From the NCBI GenBank assembly GCA_964236955.1, contig CAXSGP010000099.1, positions 1-17,322 on the forward strand: a stretch of 17,322 bases of DNA. Reading direction: 5' to 3'. The translations under genes were made by a program, and so were the position numbers. Positions 7,436 to 16,148 of this stretch are shown piece by piece (positions within the stretch are counted from its first letter, which is position 1; each line of letters starts with the position of its first letter). The DNA is from an uncultured Oligoflexus sp. (GTDB taxonomy: Bacteria; Bdellovibrionota_B; Oligoflexia; Oligoflexales; Oligoflexaceae). The notes beneath the pieces were generated by a model. It was not told the origin of the DNA and did not search any database. It saw nothing but the letters and a program-made list of their open reading frames with translations.

Positions 7436-8374
7436 CTAGAGGTCCTGCATCCACGGCTTTGCCCGATAGCGGTCCCACGCATCGGGAAGTATCGTTACCA
7501 CCGGGCCATCGATATCGCCACGCGCAGCCATGCGGAGTGCTGCGACCACATTGGTTCCGGCCGATCCCCCGACGAGCAAGCCTTCTTCCCTGATGAGTCT
7601 TTTGACCATCGCAAAACTTTCCTCATCAGTCACGCTCTCGGCCATGTCGATGAACTCGCGCTTAAGATTATCAGGCGGCTCACTGCCTCCTATGCCCTCG
7701 ACCTGATAGGAACCATCCGGTCCCAAAACTCCCGTGCGAATCCAATCAGCCAGCGACGAACCCACCGGATCAGCAAGAACGATTTTCACCGCAGGCAGAT
7801 GTCTTTTCAAACAGCGACCCACCCCTGAAATTGTGCCTCCTGTACCAGCGCCCGCAACAAATGCGCCCACACGATAGGCGGTTTGGTCGAGGATTTCGCG
7901 GCCAGTCGTCAACTCGTGGAGCAAGACGTTAACTGGATTGCAAAACTGATCCGTCAGAAACCAAGCATTCTCTTCGGCAAGTCGCTTCGCAACATTTCGA
8001 AAGTTCTCGGCACTCGAGGGAGGGGCGTTAGGGGTGACGATAACCTTTGCACCCAGAGCGATAAGCGCCGCACGTTTATCGGTCGACATCTTCTCCGGCA
8101 TAACGCAGCAAAGTTGGTAACCCTTGGTTGCCGCAACTATTGCCAAACCCAGCCCGGTGTTGCCAGCCGTGGCTTCAATAAGAGTCATGCCAGGACTAAG
8201 GACGCCCCGCGCCTCTGCATCCTCGACAATGGCCTTTGCCAGCCGGTCTTTGACCGATCCCCCTGGATTGAGCTGTTCGCATTTGACCAGAATCGGAACG
8301 GAGAGGTCGCGGCCTATGGATTTCAATGGAATGAGTGGCGTATGCCCCACCAGATCAAGCAGATTTTTAAACAT
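7436..8374 (-). CDS. PLP-dependent cysteine synthase / cystathionine beta-synthase family enzyme (no CBS domains)
   Basis: VGHTPL, NPGGSVKDR (PLP lysine), EATAGNTG, GAGTGGT, EGIG, EEGLLVGGSAG; GGAG RBS. Confidence 0.93.
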   Translation of the reverse strand: MFKNLLDLVGHTPLIPLKSIGRDLSVPILVKCEQLNPGGSVKDRLAKAIVEDAEARGVLSPGMTLIEATAGNTGLGLAIVAATKGYQLCCVMPEKMSTDKRAALIALGAKVIVTPNAPPSSAENFRNVAKRLAEENAWFLTDQFCNPVNVLLHELTTGREILDQTAYRVGAFVAGAGTGGTISGVGRCLKRHLPAVKIVLADPVGSSLADWIRTGVLGPDGSYQVEGIGGSEPPDNLKREFIDMAESVTDEESFAMVKRLIREEGLLVGGSAGTNVVAALRMAARGDIDGPVVTILPDAWDRYRAKPWMQDL

Positions 8375-8483
8375 GGTCGATTCTCCCTAAAATCCGCCAC
8401 GTGCCTGCAGGCGACGGAACAGCTGATCCTTTCTCTTACGTGGAATCGGCGGGCAATCCAAGGTCGAGATAAGACCCGGACGC

Positions 8484-8511
8484 AAAAAAAAACGGCCTCC
8501 AGGAGAGGCCG
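8484..8511 (-). terminator. Rho-independent terminator of the metallopeptidase gene
   Basis: Stem CGGCCTC(8493-8499)/GAGGCCG(8505-8511), 5-nt loop, A9 at 8484-8492 (U9 on minus), about 30 nt after the stop at 8540. Confidence 0.9.
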
Positions 8512-8539
8512 CACCAATCTGATCCGGCAAGTCAATCGA

Positions 8540-9610
8540 CTATTCCGCAGGGCAACCGGCAAAGAGTTTGGGAACGATGGCCTTCAAATCGGCCATTTCA
8601 TTAGCGATAGAAAGCTTGTAATTCGTGCGCAATCGAACCGCCGGCAGCATCCCGTCATCAAGCTTAAGCATGACGGCATCAAAAACAAAGTCGCCATCGG
8701 CTTCGACGTTTTTTATTGAGTTGATTTTCAGGTTACACCTGGTCGATTTTCCATTGTAAGTCTTCACGATATCGCTAACGTGTTGTAAAGCCAAAGCCTC
8801 ACCTTTGTCATCGTTAGGACTGGGTGCAGGACTTGGTGCGGGATTGGGAGCGGGGCTGGTTCCGGCAGCCCAAACCGGTTGCTCAAGCACCGACTTCAGG
8901 AACGCATAGGTCTTTGGCAGGTTTTTTTGAATAAAGGAATGAGTCGCGGGGGAACAGTAATAGTTATGGAAAGTCTCTGCGAAGAATTCGGCATCTGAGG
9001 CAAAGGCATAGTCACGCACCAGATTAACACGCGAGACGCCGCTGGTTTTGTTGTAAGCATCGGCTTCGCCCATCAAGTCTTTCAGATTCGCTTCCCAGGC
9101 CTGGTTGGATTTACCCGCGCGTCGTTGAACGATTCCTTCGACCCCGTGACCGATTTCATGAATCATCGCAAAGCTTATGGCATTAGGATAGCGTGAGGTT
9201 AGATTGATGACCCGCGGCCCTCTATTATTTGAAGAGCACGAACCCATGACGCCACCGGTACCAAGATCGGCCTTAACGAAGCCGGTGAATACGCCGTTCT
9301 TCTTTAGGCTCAGCAGTTCGGCGCGATAGGACGGAGGGATCGCATTGAAATGCTTGAGAAGAGCTGGGATTTCGCTGCTGGGGAAATTACTGAATAAGCC
9401 CGGCACTGAGTTGACGTCATTGCTCAGTTGCTGATATTGCGCGGCCGAATAATCGGTGCAGGCCAGAGTTTGATTGGTAAGGGCACTGGTGTCCGACGAT
9501 TCCTGCTTTTTACAGCTGGCACCCAAGGTGATCGCGGTCATGGCGAAGAGGAGAAGACTTCTTTTCGATTGAATTGTCACGGGCACCTCGGGAAATTCGT
9601 TTTTAAGCAC
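8540..9610 (-). CDS. Lipoprotein with ATLF/Pro-Pro-endopeptidase-like zinc metallopeptidase domain, Pro-rich linker and unknown C-terminal domain
   Basis: Lipobox-like LGASC; HEIGH (9146-9160); DYA...EFFAETF...PKTYAFL; SPAPNPAPSPAPSP linker. True start may be one of the downstream GTGs. Confidence 0.8.
   Translation of the reverse strand: MLKNEFPEVPVTIQSKRSLLLFAMTAITLGASCKKQESSDTSALTNQTLACTDYSAAQYQQLSNDVNSVPGLFSNFPSSEIPALLKHFNAIPPSYRAELLSLKKNGVFTGFVKADLGTGGVMGSCSSNNRGPRVINLTSRYPNAISFAMIHEIGHGVEGIVQRRAGKSNQAWEANLKDLMGEADAYNKTSGVSRVNLVRDYAFASDAEFFAETFHNYYCSPATHSFIQKNLPKTYAFLKSVLEQPVWAAGTSPAPNPAPSPAPSPNDDKGEALALQHVSDIVKTYNGKSTRCNLKINSIKNVEADGDFVFDAVMLKLDDGMLPAVRLRTNYKLSIANEMADLKAIVPKLFAGCPAE
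8816..8857 (-). repeat. Degenerate 12-bp tandem repeat encoding the (S/N)PAP linker
   Basis: + strand AGGACTGGGTGC-AGGACTTGGTGC-GGGATTGGGAGC-GGGGCT. Confidence 0.75.
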
Positions 9611-9631
9611 TGGGACCTATTTATTTTCAGC

Positions 9632-9659
9632 TTATCGGCGCAACGGATTTGAAAATTGA
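9632..9659 (-). promoter_or_regulatory. Sigma28 (FliA)-like promoter for the metallopeptidase gene
   Basis: Minus strand TCAA(9659-9656)-N16-GCCGATAA(9639-9632); the -10 matches consensus exactly. Confidence 0.68.
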
Positions 9660-10058
9660 GGGTGGGCCAAAAATAAATGATTACTTCTTTAAAAATAAAG
9701 GCTTACCAAGCTTTTTTAGAAATTAATGAGTGAGCGGCAGTTACCACCGATAAGGATCGTAGGGAGGTCTGGCTGATGACCCCAAACCAATAGAAGGTTT
9801 CGGCCTCTATACACCTCAGCTGGATGCAAGAACGATGGAGTTCAACCGGCCCTGGTCCGTCTTATAGGTCCGCATATCCGGCCCGTCCCTGGGTCGTCGG
9901 GCTTTAGGACCCGCTGTTTTCAGCCCAGAAAAGGCCAAAAAGTCGCATTTTAGGCTGTTCTTCTCCCAAAAATTCATGGCATGGAGTGTCAAAGGAAACT
10001 AAGCTAGCCTGATGTCTCCTATGGAAACGGCCCCGCTTGGCTCTGAAGGATATCAGCG

Positions 10059-11144
10059 ATGGATCAAGAACCTGTGACTATGCTGCCTGAACTTCCCATT
10101 GAAGGGGAAGGAGATCCGGCCTCAATCGGCAGTTATCCCGTCGACAGTCTTCTGATCAGAACGGATCAAAGGACAGTTCACGATGTTTTACGTCGCGAGC
10201 AGCAGGGCTACTTCATCCTCGATCCCGACTTTCAAAGAGCCTTTGTCTGGGAACCGGAGCGCCAAAGCCGTTTAATCGAATCGCTGCTGATGCGCATTCC
10301 CTTGCCTGTATTTTACCTGGCGGAAAATCAGGACGGCAAACTCGTCGTTGTCGACGGTCTGCAGAGGCTTTCAACCCTGAAGCGCTTCATAGCCAATCAG
10401 CAGGAACTCCTGCTGGATAATCCCGATCTTAAAGGCAAGACCTTTGAGACGCTTCCACCCAAGTTCCAAAACCGTATTGAAGATGCCCAGCTCACTCTTT
10501 ACATCATCGATGCAAAAGTTCCGGATCGAGTTCGGCTCGACATTTTTGAACGGGTCAATTCCGGTCGCCCCCTCACGCGCCAGCAAATGAGGAATGCTCT
10601 CTATCAGGGGCCTGGCACGGAATTTCTTAAGATGGCGGCGCTCACACCCGAATTCATCGATGCAACGGCCGACAGTCTGCCAGCGGATGAAATGAAGGAC
10701 CGCGAGGCCATCAATCGTTTCTGCGGATTTTATCTCCTCGGCGCCGAGGCCTTTAAAGGGGATATCGATGCATTCCTGGCAGAAGCTCTTAGAAAGGTCA
10801 ATTCGATGAGGGCAATCGAGATCGAAGAGATGATGAGCAAGTTCCGCTTGAGCATGAAAGCCAATGCCAAGGTTTTCGGAGCCAATGCCTTCCGTAAGCA
10901 CACCGAAGACCAACTGCGGCGCAATCCAATCAATCTCTCGCTTTTCGATATTTTTTCCGTCCTCTTTGCGAAGTTTGACGCCAATGACATCTATCGGGCT
11001 CGAGAAGCCATAAGGGAAGGCTTTTATGCCCTCCAGAGCGACGAAAAATTCGTCGCATCGATCACCTTTGCAACGAGCGACATCAAAAAAGTCGCCAGTC
11101 GCTTTAAAAAGCTCGAAACCATGATAGAGGGAGCAATTTCGTGA
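10059..11144 (+). CDS. DUF262 (ParB/Srx-fold) protein, Menshen NsnA-like
   Basis: PDFQRAFVW, LIESLLMRIPLP, VVDGLQRL, IFERVNSG motifs; GAAGGA RBS; GTGA overlap with next gene. Confidence 0.9.
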   Translation: MDQEPVTMLPELPIEGEGDPASIGSYPVDSLLIRTDQRTVHDVLRREQQGYFILDPDFQRAFVWEPERQSRLIESLLMRIPLPVFYLAENQDGKLVVVDGLQRLSTLKRFIANQQELLLDNPDLKGKTFETLPPKFQNRIEDAQLTLYIIDAKVPDRVRLDIFERVNSGRPLTRQQMRNALYQGPGTEFLKMAALTPEFIDATADSLPADEMKDREAINRFCGFYLLGAEAFKGDIDAFLAEALRKVNSMRAIEIEEMMSKFRLSMKANAKVFGANAFRKHTEDQLRRNPINLSLFDIFSVLFAKFDANDIYRAREAIREGFYALQSDEKFVASITFATSDIKKVASRFKKLETMIEGAIS

Positions 11145-12292
11145 TCTCAGAAATCTATCTTGAGTCATTCAAATGCTTTGAGCGTCTGACCCTGCCTATG
11201 AATTCCTTTACCCTTCTCACTGGGCTCAATGGAGGCGGTAAGTCCACCATTCTCCAGGCTCTGCTCCTCATTCAGCAAAGTCTGGTGGAAAATCCGGCGA
11301 CAGGTAAAATCCTCCTTTCCGGCTCTATCGTCAATCTTGGGACAATCAAGGACGTCGTCGATAAAGTCAACGGCGTTCGAAAGTTCAAACTTGGATTTAC
11401 GATCCAGGCGACGACGAGCACCTGGACATTCGAAGGGGATCGAAACGATGAGGATGGCCTGAGCATCCCCATTGTCGCTATCGATTGGCGCAGCGGAGAC
11501 AAAAAGGGCCAGCTTAAGCACCCCAAGATATCCGATGTCTTTGACAACTCGGGTCAATGGCCGGCGCAGATTATCAAAAATATTAAATATGTCCCTGCCG
11601 ACCGCATATCTCCCCGGGAGACTTTTCCGCTCGATGACCTCGATCCGCAGCGCTCGCTTGGTCACCAGGGCGAAAAGTCGATAGGCCTCCTCTATTGGCT
11701 TCAATCCGAGAATATTGATAACGATCTGCAGCACCCCAATGAATCGCGCCCGACCCTGCTCCATCAGCTGGAGGCCTGGATCAACACGATTTTTCCTGGG
11801 GTCAATATCGATATCCAGCGCATCCGAAACACCAATAAAGTAAGTCTCGGTATCAGGACTAGCAACGCCACGGATTTCCATCGGCCCCAGCATGTTGGTT
11901 TTGGCATCACTCATGTGCTGCCCATTATCATAGGCTGTCTGGTCAGTCTTCCAGGTGAGTTGATCGTCGTTGAGAACCCTGAAACCCACCTGCATCCCAG
12001 AGCGCAGGTTAAGATCGCCCATTTCCTTGCCGTGGTCGCCGCCTCCGGCCGGCAGGTTATCGTCGAATCCCATTCCGATCACATTCTGAATGGCGTCCGT
12101 CGAGCCGTTGCCTCCCAGACCTTAGGTCATGACGCGGCCCTCATTCACTTCTTTCGTCCAAGGGACAATCGAGAAAATGAACCTCAGGTTGAATTCCTTA
12201 CTCTCGATGCTAAAGGTGGGATCGATCATTGGCCCCAAGGTTTCTTCGACCAGATCGACGAAGACCTGATGGCATTATCCGGACTTAAATAA
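11141..12292 (+). CDS. ABC/AAA ATPase with C-terminal DUF3696, Menshen NsnB-like
   Basis: FKCF, Walker A GLNGGGKS, VGFGI signature, Walker B IVVENPETHLHP, ESHS, terminal GGIDHWPQGFFDQ. Confidence 0.9.
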   Translation: MISEIYLESFKCFERLTLPMNSFTLLTGLNGGGKSTILQALLLIQQSLVENPATGKILLSGSIVNLGTIKDVVDKVNGVRKFKLGFTIQATTSTWTFEGDRNDEDGLSIPIVAIDWRSGDKKGQLKHPKISDVFDNSGQWPAQIIKNIKYVPADRISPRETFPLDDLDPQRSLGHQGEKSIGLLYWLQSENIDNDLQHPNESRPTLLHQLEAWINTIFPGVNIDIQRIRNTNKVSLGIRTSNATDFHRPQHVGFGITHVLPIIIGCLVSLPGELIVVENPETHLHPRAQVKIAHFLAVVAASGRQVIVESHSDHILNGVRRAVASQTLGHDAALIHFFRPRDNRENEPQVEFLTLDAKGGIDHWPQGFFDQIDEDLMALSGLK

Positions 12293-13248
12293 TGCTATTA
12301 TTGAATGACCAGTCACTGCACGGCCAGTACGCTGACGTGTTGAGTTTTAGCTTGGCCTTGCATACTATTCTTCAACTGGCCGCCTTTGCAAAATCCAAGA
12401 AGATGGAAGTTCACGTGTCGCCCTCCCTCTATAATTGTGAGGTGATGGACAAACAGGTCCTGCTCAACTGCATGCACCCGCTCGAACGAAATCTACGCAG
12501 CAGCCTCATCCGATTTTTGGATAAAAATCCCAAGTGGGATCGTCATGAAGACCATAAGGACGAAGTTTGGATCGAATGCTTTTCGGATTTGATACAGGGA
12601 ACCGTTTTAGCGGAAGCTGCGATCCGCAGGCTTTCCAATCAGGACACGGCCATCCTCTCGTTCGATCCGTCGATCTATTCAGAGGAAGTCCTGGATGTTG
12701 CCATCGGCGATATGGATTCCCAAGCGCGCACTTTGCTCAAAATCATGAGCATCACCAAGCTCTCCCAGCTCGAAGCCTGGCTGACGGCGATCGTCAAGCC
12801 TATCGGCCAATGGGCAGAGCTTCGCGACTGGACCGCTGAGAATTGTAAAGGTATCCGTCTCGCCCCAACTGCCCTGGACAGGCTCGGCTCGCATCCCTTT
12901 TCAGGCGGTTCCTGCTCCCGGCTGCAGGATCTGCTCCTCGTCTTAAATGAGCTCGCGCAAAGTCGGGAGGCGGAGACGGGTAAGCTTTCGGCCAAGGGCA
13001 TGGAGATTAAACAGAAGCATTTTGTGGGGGAAAAGGCCTGGTTTTCTGATTCTTCGGAAACGGAGAAACGGATGTTCAAGGATGAATTGACCTTCCCTCA
13101 TCCCAGCAATCCTGGGGAATATATTTTTGCCCCCTGGCATGGAAAGGTCAAGATAGGTCAGCTGCGCATTCACTATGACGATAATCTGGGGCTGCCGGAG
13201 CATCCTCTTGATGTCGTCTACATCGGTCCAAAAATCACAAAGACCTGA
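12292..13248 (+). CDS. Putative defence effector (Menshen NsnC position); possible RelE-like C-terminal nuclease
   Basis: TAATG coupling to the ATPase gene; 318 aa with no signal peptide; C-terminal WHGKVK..QLRIHY...VVYIGPKITK. Confidence 0.65.
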   Translation: MLLLNDQSLHGQYADVLSFSLALHTILQLAAFAKSKKMEVHVSPSLYNCEVMDKQVLLNCMHPLERNLRSSLIRFLDKNPKWDRHEDHKDEVWIECFSDLIQGTVLAEAAIRRLSNQDTAILSFDPSIYSEEVLDVAIGDMDSQARTLLKIMSITKLSQLEAWLTAIVKPIGQWAELRDWTAENCKGIRLAPTALDRLGSHPFSGGSCSRLQDLLLVLNELAQSREAETGKLSAKGMEIKQKHFVGEKAWFSDSSETEKRMFKDELTFPHPSNPGEYIFAPWHGKVKIGQLRIHYDDNLGLPEHPLDVVYIGPKITKT

Positions 13249-13271
13249 TCCCTGGTCGCCATGCAAGGCAT

Positions 13272-13320
13272 AAAAAATGGCCTTCGCGACGATGATCCGC
13301 GAAGGCCCTTGCTCTTCTTT
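13272..13320. terminator. Terminator between the convergent defence cassette and TonB receptor gene, probably bidirectional
   Basis: 10-bp stem GGCCTTCGCG(13279-13288)/CGCGAAGGCC(13298-13307), A-tract 13272-13277, T-rich tail on the right. Confidence 0.85.
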
Positions 13321-13322
13321 TA

Positions 13323-16148
13323 TTAGAAAGCCTGTCTTACACCAATTTGAAACTGACGGCCTCGCACATCGGCCGATTCTCGGTTAAAGGAAACATCGCG
13401 GGTCTCCCGATCGGTGAGATAGATACTTGTGATACGGTTTTCAATGTTATACACACCAAGACTGAGCGTGCCAGAACTTGCGTATTTCCATCCGTAGCTT
13501 ACGTCATAGGTATTCTCCGGGGAAATATAGCCCATGTCTGGATCGGAGTCAAAGCGACCAGATTCCTGACGGCCAATGGTTGTGACATCAAACGAAACGC
13601 TATGGATATCGGCATCAAAAAACAGCGAGTTGGTCATGCGATAGCGAGGTTCGCCAAAGGCCCCCACATATTCCTGCTCAGGATCGACCGCTGTTGGTTT
13701 TTCCTTGCGGGTAAGGATGCGGGAGTAGGAGGTATTTAATCCATATTTAAATGCGCCTTCACGCAGAGTCAAATGCGAGGCAACATCTATCCCTCTGGAT
13801 CGCATCTTGCCAAGGTTTGCATAGGAGCGGTCGATAGACCCGATTTTGTCGTCCGCCCCGCGATTGATTTTGGACGAACCCAAGGATTCACCTTTGATAT
13901 CTTTTTCGACCAATTTATCAAGTTCCTCCTGGCCAATGATATCATCAATCTTTGCCGACCAATAATCGATAGAAACATTGTAGAAGTCCCAGGGCTCCAA
14001 CACCATGCCGAGGTTGTAGCTCAACGATATCTCTTCGCCAAGGTCCTTATTACCGGGGCTGTTGACGTAGGTGCTATAGGATGTGCCATTGTTTCCACAG
14101 GGGTTATTGGCCGGATCCGAATTGTTACAATACTTTTCATCGCGAACCGTCAGATAACCGCCATCGGCCCGGTTGTAAATCTCGGCAAGACTGGGCGCCC
14201 GAAAGCCCGAACCTACGTTAGCGCGAAATTTCAGACCCGTATGAGGGCTACCGACGACGCTGGCTCCGTAGTTAAAGGTATCCCCAAAATCGGAGTATTG
14301 ATCGTAGCGTCCCGTAAGACTGACATCCAATTCCTTGTAAAAAGGCATCACTAATTCGCCAAAACCAGAGACAACATCACGCTTGCCGACCCCTTGACTG
14401 GCAAAACTTCCCAGGTAACGAGCTCTTAAGATTCCTGCGGTTTCAGGAAAGTCAGCAAGGAATTGGGAATCTTTGCTATCGCCGCGAAGTATATATTTTT
14501 CATGGCCAACCGACACGCCCGCTGCAACGACGGCACTGCCACCGTTAAGCTCAAAGACTGGACCCGAGGCATAAGCTGTTGCGTTGGTGAGTAAATTGGC
14601 CTCTTCACTATGCAAATCCGCAAAAAAGCCTGAGATTGAGCTCAAATCGTCGGTAAAAATATTCAAGGCCGGCGTCGCCGTCGCGGCAACAGGAAACAGC
14701 TTCTGAGCGAAGGCCAGGCGATCGGCTGCTTTGGTAAAGTTGCGTAATCGCTTGGAAGCAAAATGCGAGGCATCGATATGCCAGTCCCATGTGCTGCTGA
14801 TCGGACCCTGAAAGGCCACGATGAGACCGAGCGAGGTGTCAAGAGTCGAGGTATCGCCTTTGACCTCCGGGAAGAGTCGAACCCCGTTGATTTTGATGAG
14901 CTGATTATCCTGATAATTCAAATTAGCGGCTGCAGCCTGGGCTTTGAGGGCGGCCGGCGCCTGACCAAATGGAATCGCGTAAGCACCGCTGCGTGACGGG
15001 TTGCTCGTTAAAGTACGGCTCGATTCGTAACCCAAGGTCTGGACTGATGATCCCAAAAGGGTCGTGCTCATGGCCACATCGCCGAAATTCTTTTCCATAT
15101 TAAGCGTCAGGAAACGATTTTCTTTTTCTGGCATCAACTCGCCCGTACTAGCTTTGCGGGCATCACCACGGCATTGAGTATTGGTATTATCATTGGGCAG
15201 GGTGATTTGGTTTTCTACCGGGCAATTCGCGCTGGGATGATAAACATAAGCAAGCAGGCTGTCGGTAGGCTTTGCGGTATTCAAAAGCCCCCAGGAATAA
15301 GTTCCAGCCGGTGCCCCTGCGGCTGATTTATCATAAGGAGGTTCCGCCCTCCAAAGCTGTTTACGGTCACGCGTGAGTACGCGCTCGCTTCGCCCACCAC
15401 CAACCGCGATTGTAAAATCGGCATCCCAGAGATTAAAGCCCGTCACCGCGCTGGCGTTAAGCGAATTCCCGCCTTTATCCTGGGAGATATTCGCTTTCGT
15501 CGCAACTTCCGATCCGTTTACCGATTTCTTGAGTATGACGTTGATGACGCCGGCAATGGCATCCGCTCCGTAGACAGCGGCCGCGCTGGATTTCAAAATC
15601 TCAACACGATCGACCATGGCGAGCGGAATATTATTGATGTTGGTACCACCAAGGCTCGCTTCAACCGGTAGGCGACGCCCATTGACGAGGACCAACGTCC
15701 GATTCGCACCGAGGCCGTGAAGGCTCAATGTCGCTTGCCCAACGGAAACATAGTTGCCGCCGCCCATAAAGCTACCAAAACTGTTTTCAGACATGCCCTG
15801 CAATAGCTCCGTGATCGAAGTTACGCCAGCCTTATTAAAATCTTCTTGGCGCAGGACTTTAGTCGGAACAGCATTTTCCGCATCGATACGCTTGACCCGT
15901 GAACCCGTGACGATGATCCGCTCGGCCTTAGCTTTTGGCCTGCCGGCTGAGTCTTTTTCGGGACTGATCGGCGTGGCGGGCTTAGGCGAAGCCAAGTCTA
16001 TTTGTGTAGGCGCATCGGCAACTGGATTGTTTGTGTTGGCTTGTGGCACAGTCTCTTGAGCAAAAGCTGACGCGCCTGTTGTGCTAGTAATGGCCAATAG
16101 AAATGCCAGCATTTCTGCTGTAACCCCGCCTCCAAAGACTTTTGCCAT
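13323..16148 (-). CDS. TonB-dependent outer membrane receptor
   Basis: Signal peptide ending AFA; ERIIVTGSR TonB-box region; plug LHGLGANRTLVLVNGRR, RVEILK...YGADAIAGVINVI; RYDQYSDFG, GFRAPSL; C-terminal Phe. Confidence 0.95.
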   Translation of the reverse strand: MAKVFGGGVTAEMLAFLLAITSTTGASAFAQETVPQANTNNPVADAPTQIDLASPKPATPISPEKDSAGRPKAKAERIIVTGSRVKRIDAENAVPTKVLRQEDFNKAGVTSITELLQGMSENSFGSFMGGGNYVSVGQATLSLHGLGANRTLVLVNGRRLPVEASLGGTNINNIPLAMVDRVEILKSSAAAVYGADAIAGVINVILKKSVNGSEVATKANISQDKGGNSLNASAVTGFNLWDADFTIAVGGGRSERVLTRDRKQLWRAEPPYDKSAAGAPAGTYSWGLLNTAKPTDSLLAYVYHPSANCPVENQITLPNDNTNTQCRGDARKASTGELMPEKENRFLTLNMEKNFGDVAMSTTLLGSSVQTLGYESSRTLTSNPSRSGAYAIPFGQAPAALKAQAAAANLNYQDNQLIKINGVRLFPEVKGDTSTLDTSLGLIVAFQGPISSTWDWHIDASHFASKRLRNFTKAADRLAFAQKLFPVAATATPALNIFTDDLSSISGFFADLHSEEANLLTNATAYASGPVFELNGGSAVVAAGVSVGHEKYILRGDSKDSQFLADFPETAGILRARYLGSFASQGVGKRDVVSGFGELVMPFYKELDVSLTGRYDQYSDFGDTFNYGASVVGSPHTGLKFRANVGSGFRAPSLAEIYNRADGGYLTVRDEKYCNNSDPANNPCGNNGTSYSTYVNSPGNKDLGEEISLSYNLGMVLEPWDFYNVSIDYWSAKIDDIIGQEELDKLVEKDIKGESLGSSKINRGADDKIGSIDRSYANLGKMRSRGIDVASHLTLREGAFKYGLNTSYSRILTRKEKPTAVDPEQEYVGAFGEPRYRMTNSLFFDADIHSVSFDVTTIGRQESGRFDSDPDMGYISPENTYDVSYGWKYASSGTLSLGVYNIENRITSIYLTDRETRDVSFNRESADVRGRQFQIGVRQAF

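Noticed and set aside
8450..8490. GGGCAATCC...GGACGCAAA resembling a c-di-GMP-I riboswitch
   Set aside because: Antisense to both flanking genes, no GNRA loop or second stem; the A-run is the terminator tail.
7883..8719. 278-aa + strand ORF (also 576-1082, 7370-7828, 13773-14354)
   Set aside because: Antisense shadows of well-supported minus-strand genes; no motifs; 7883-8719 crosses a terminator.
9773..9810. CTGATGA followed by a hairpin, like a hammerhead ribozyme core
   Set aside because: No GAAA after the stem and no stem I/III pairing found.
10371..12082. Two long antisense ORFs (265 and 305 aa) overlapping by 4 nt like a coupled pair
   Set aside because: They lie opposite motif-rich sense genes and have no recognisable motifs; consistent with codon-bias shadows.
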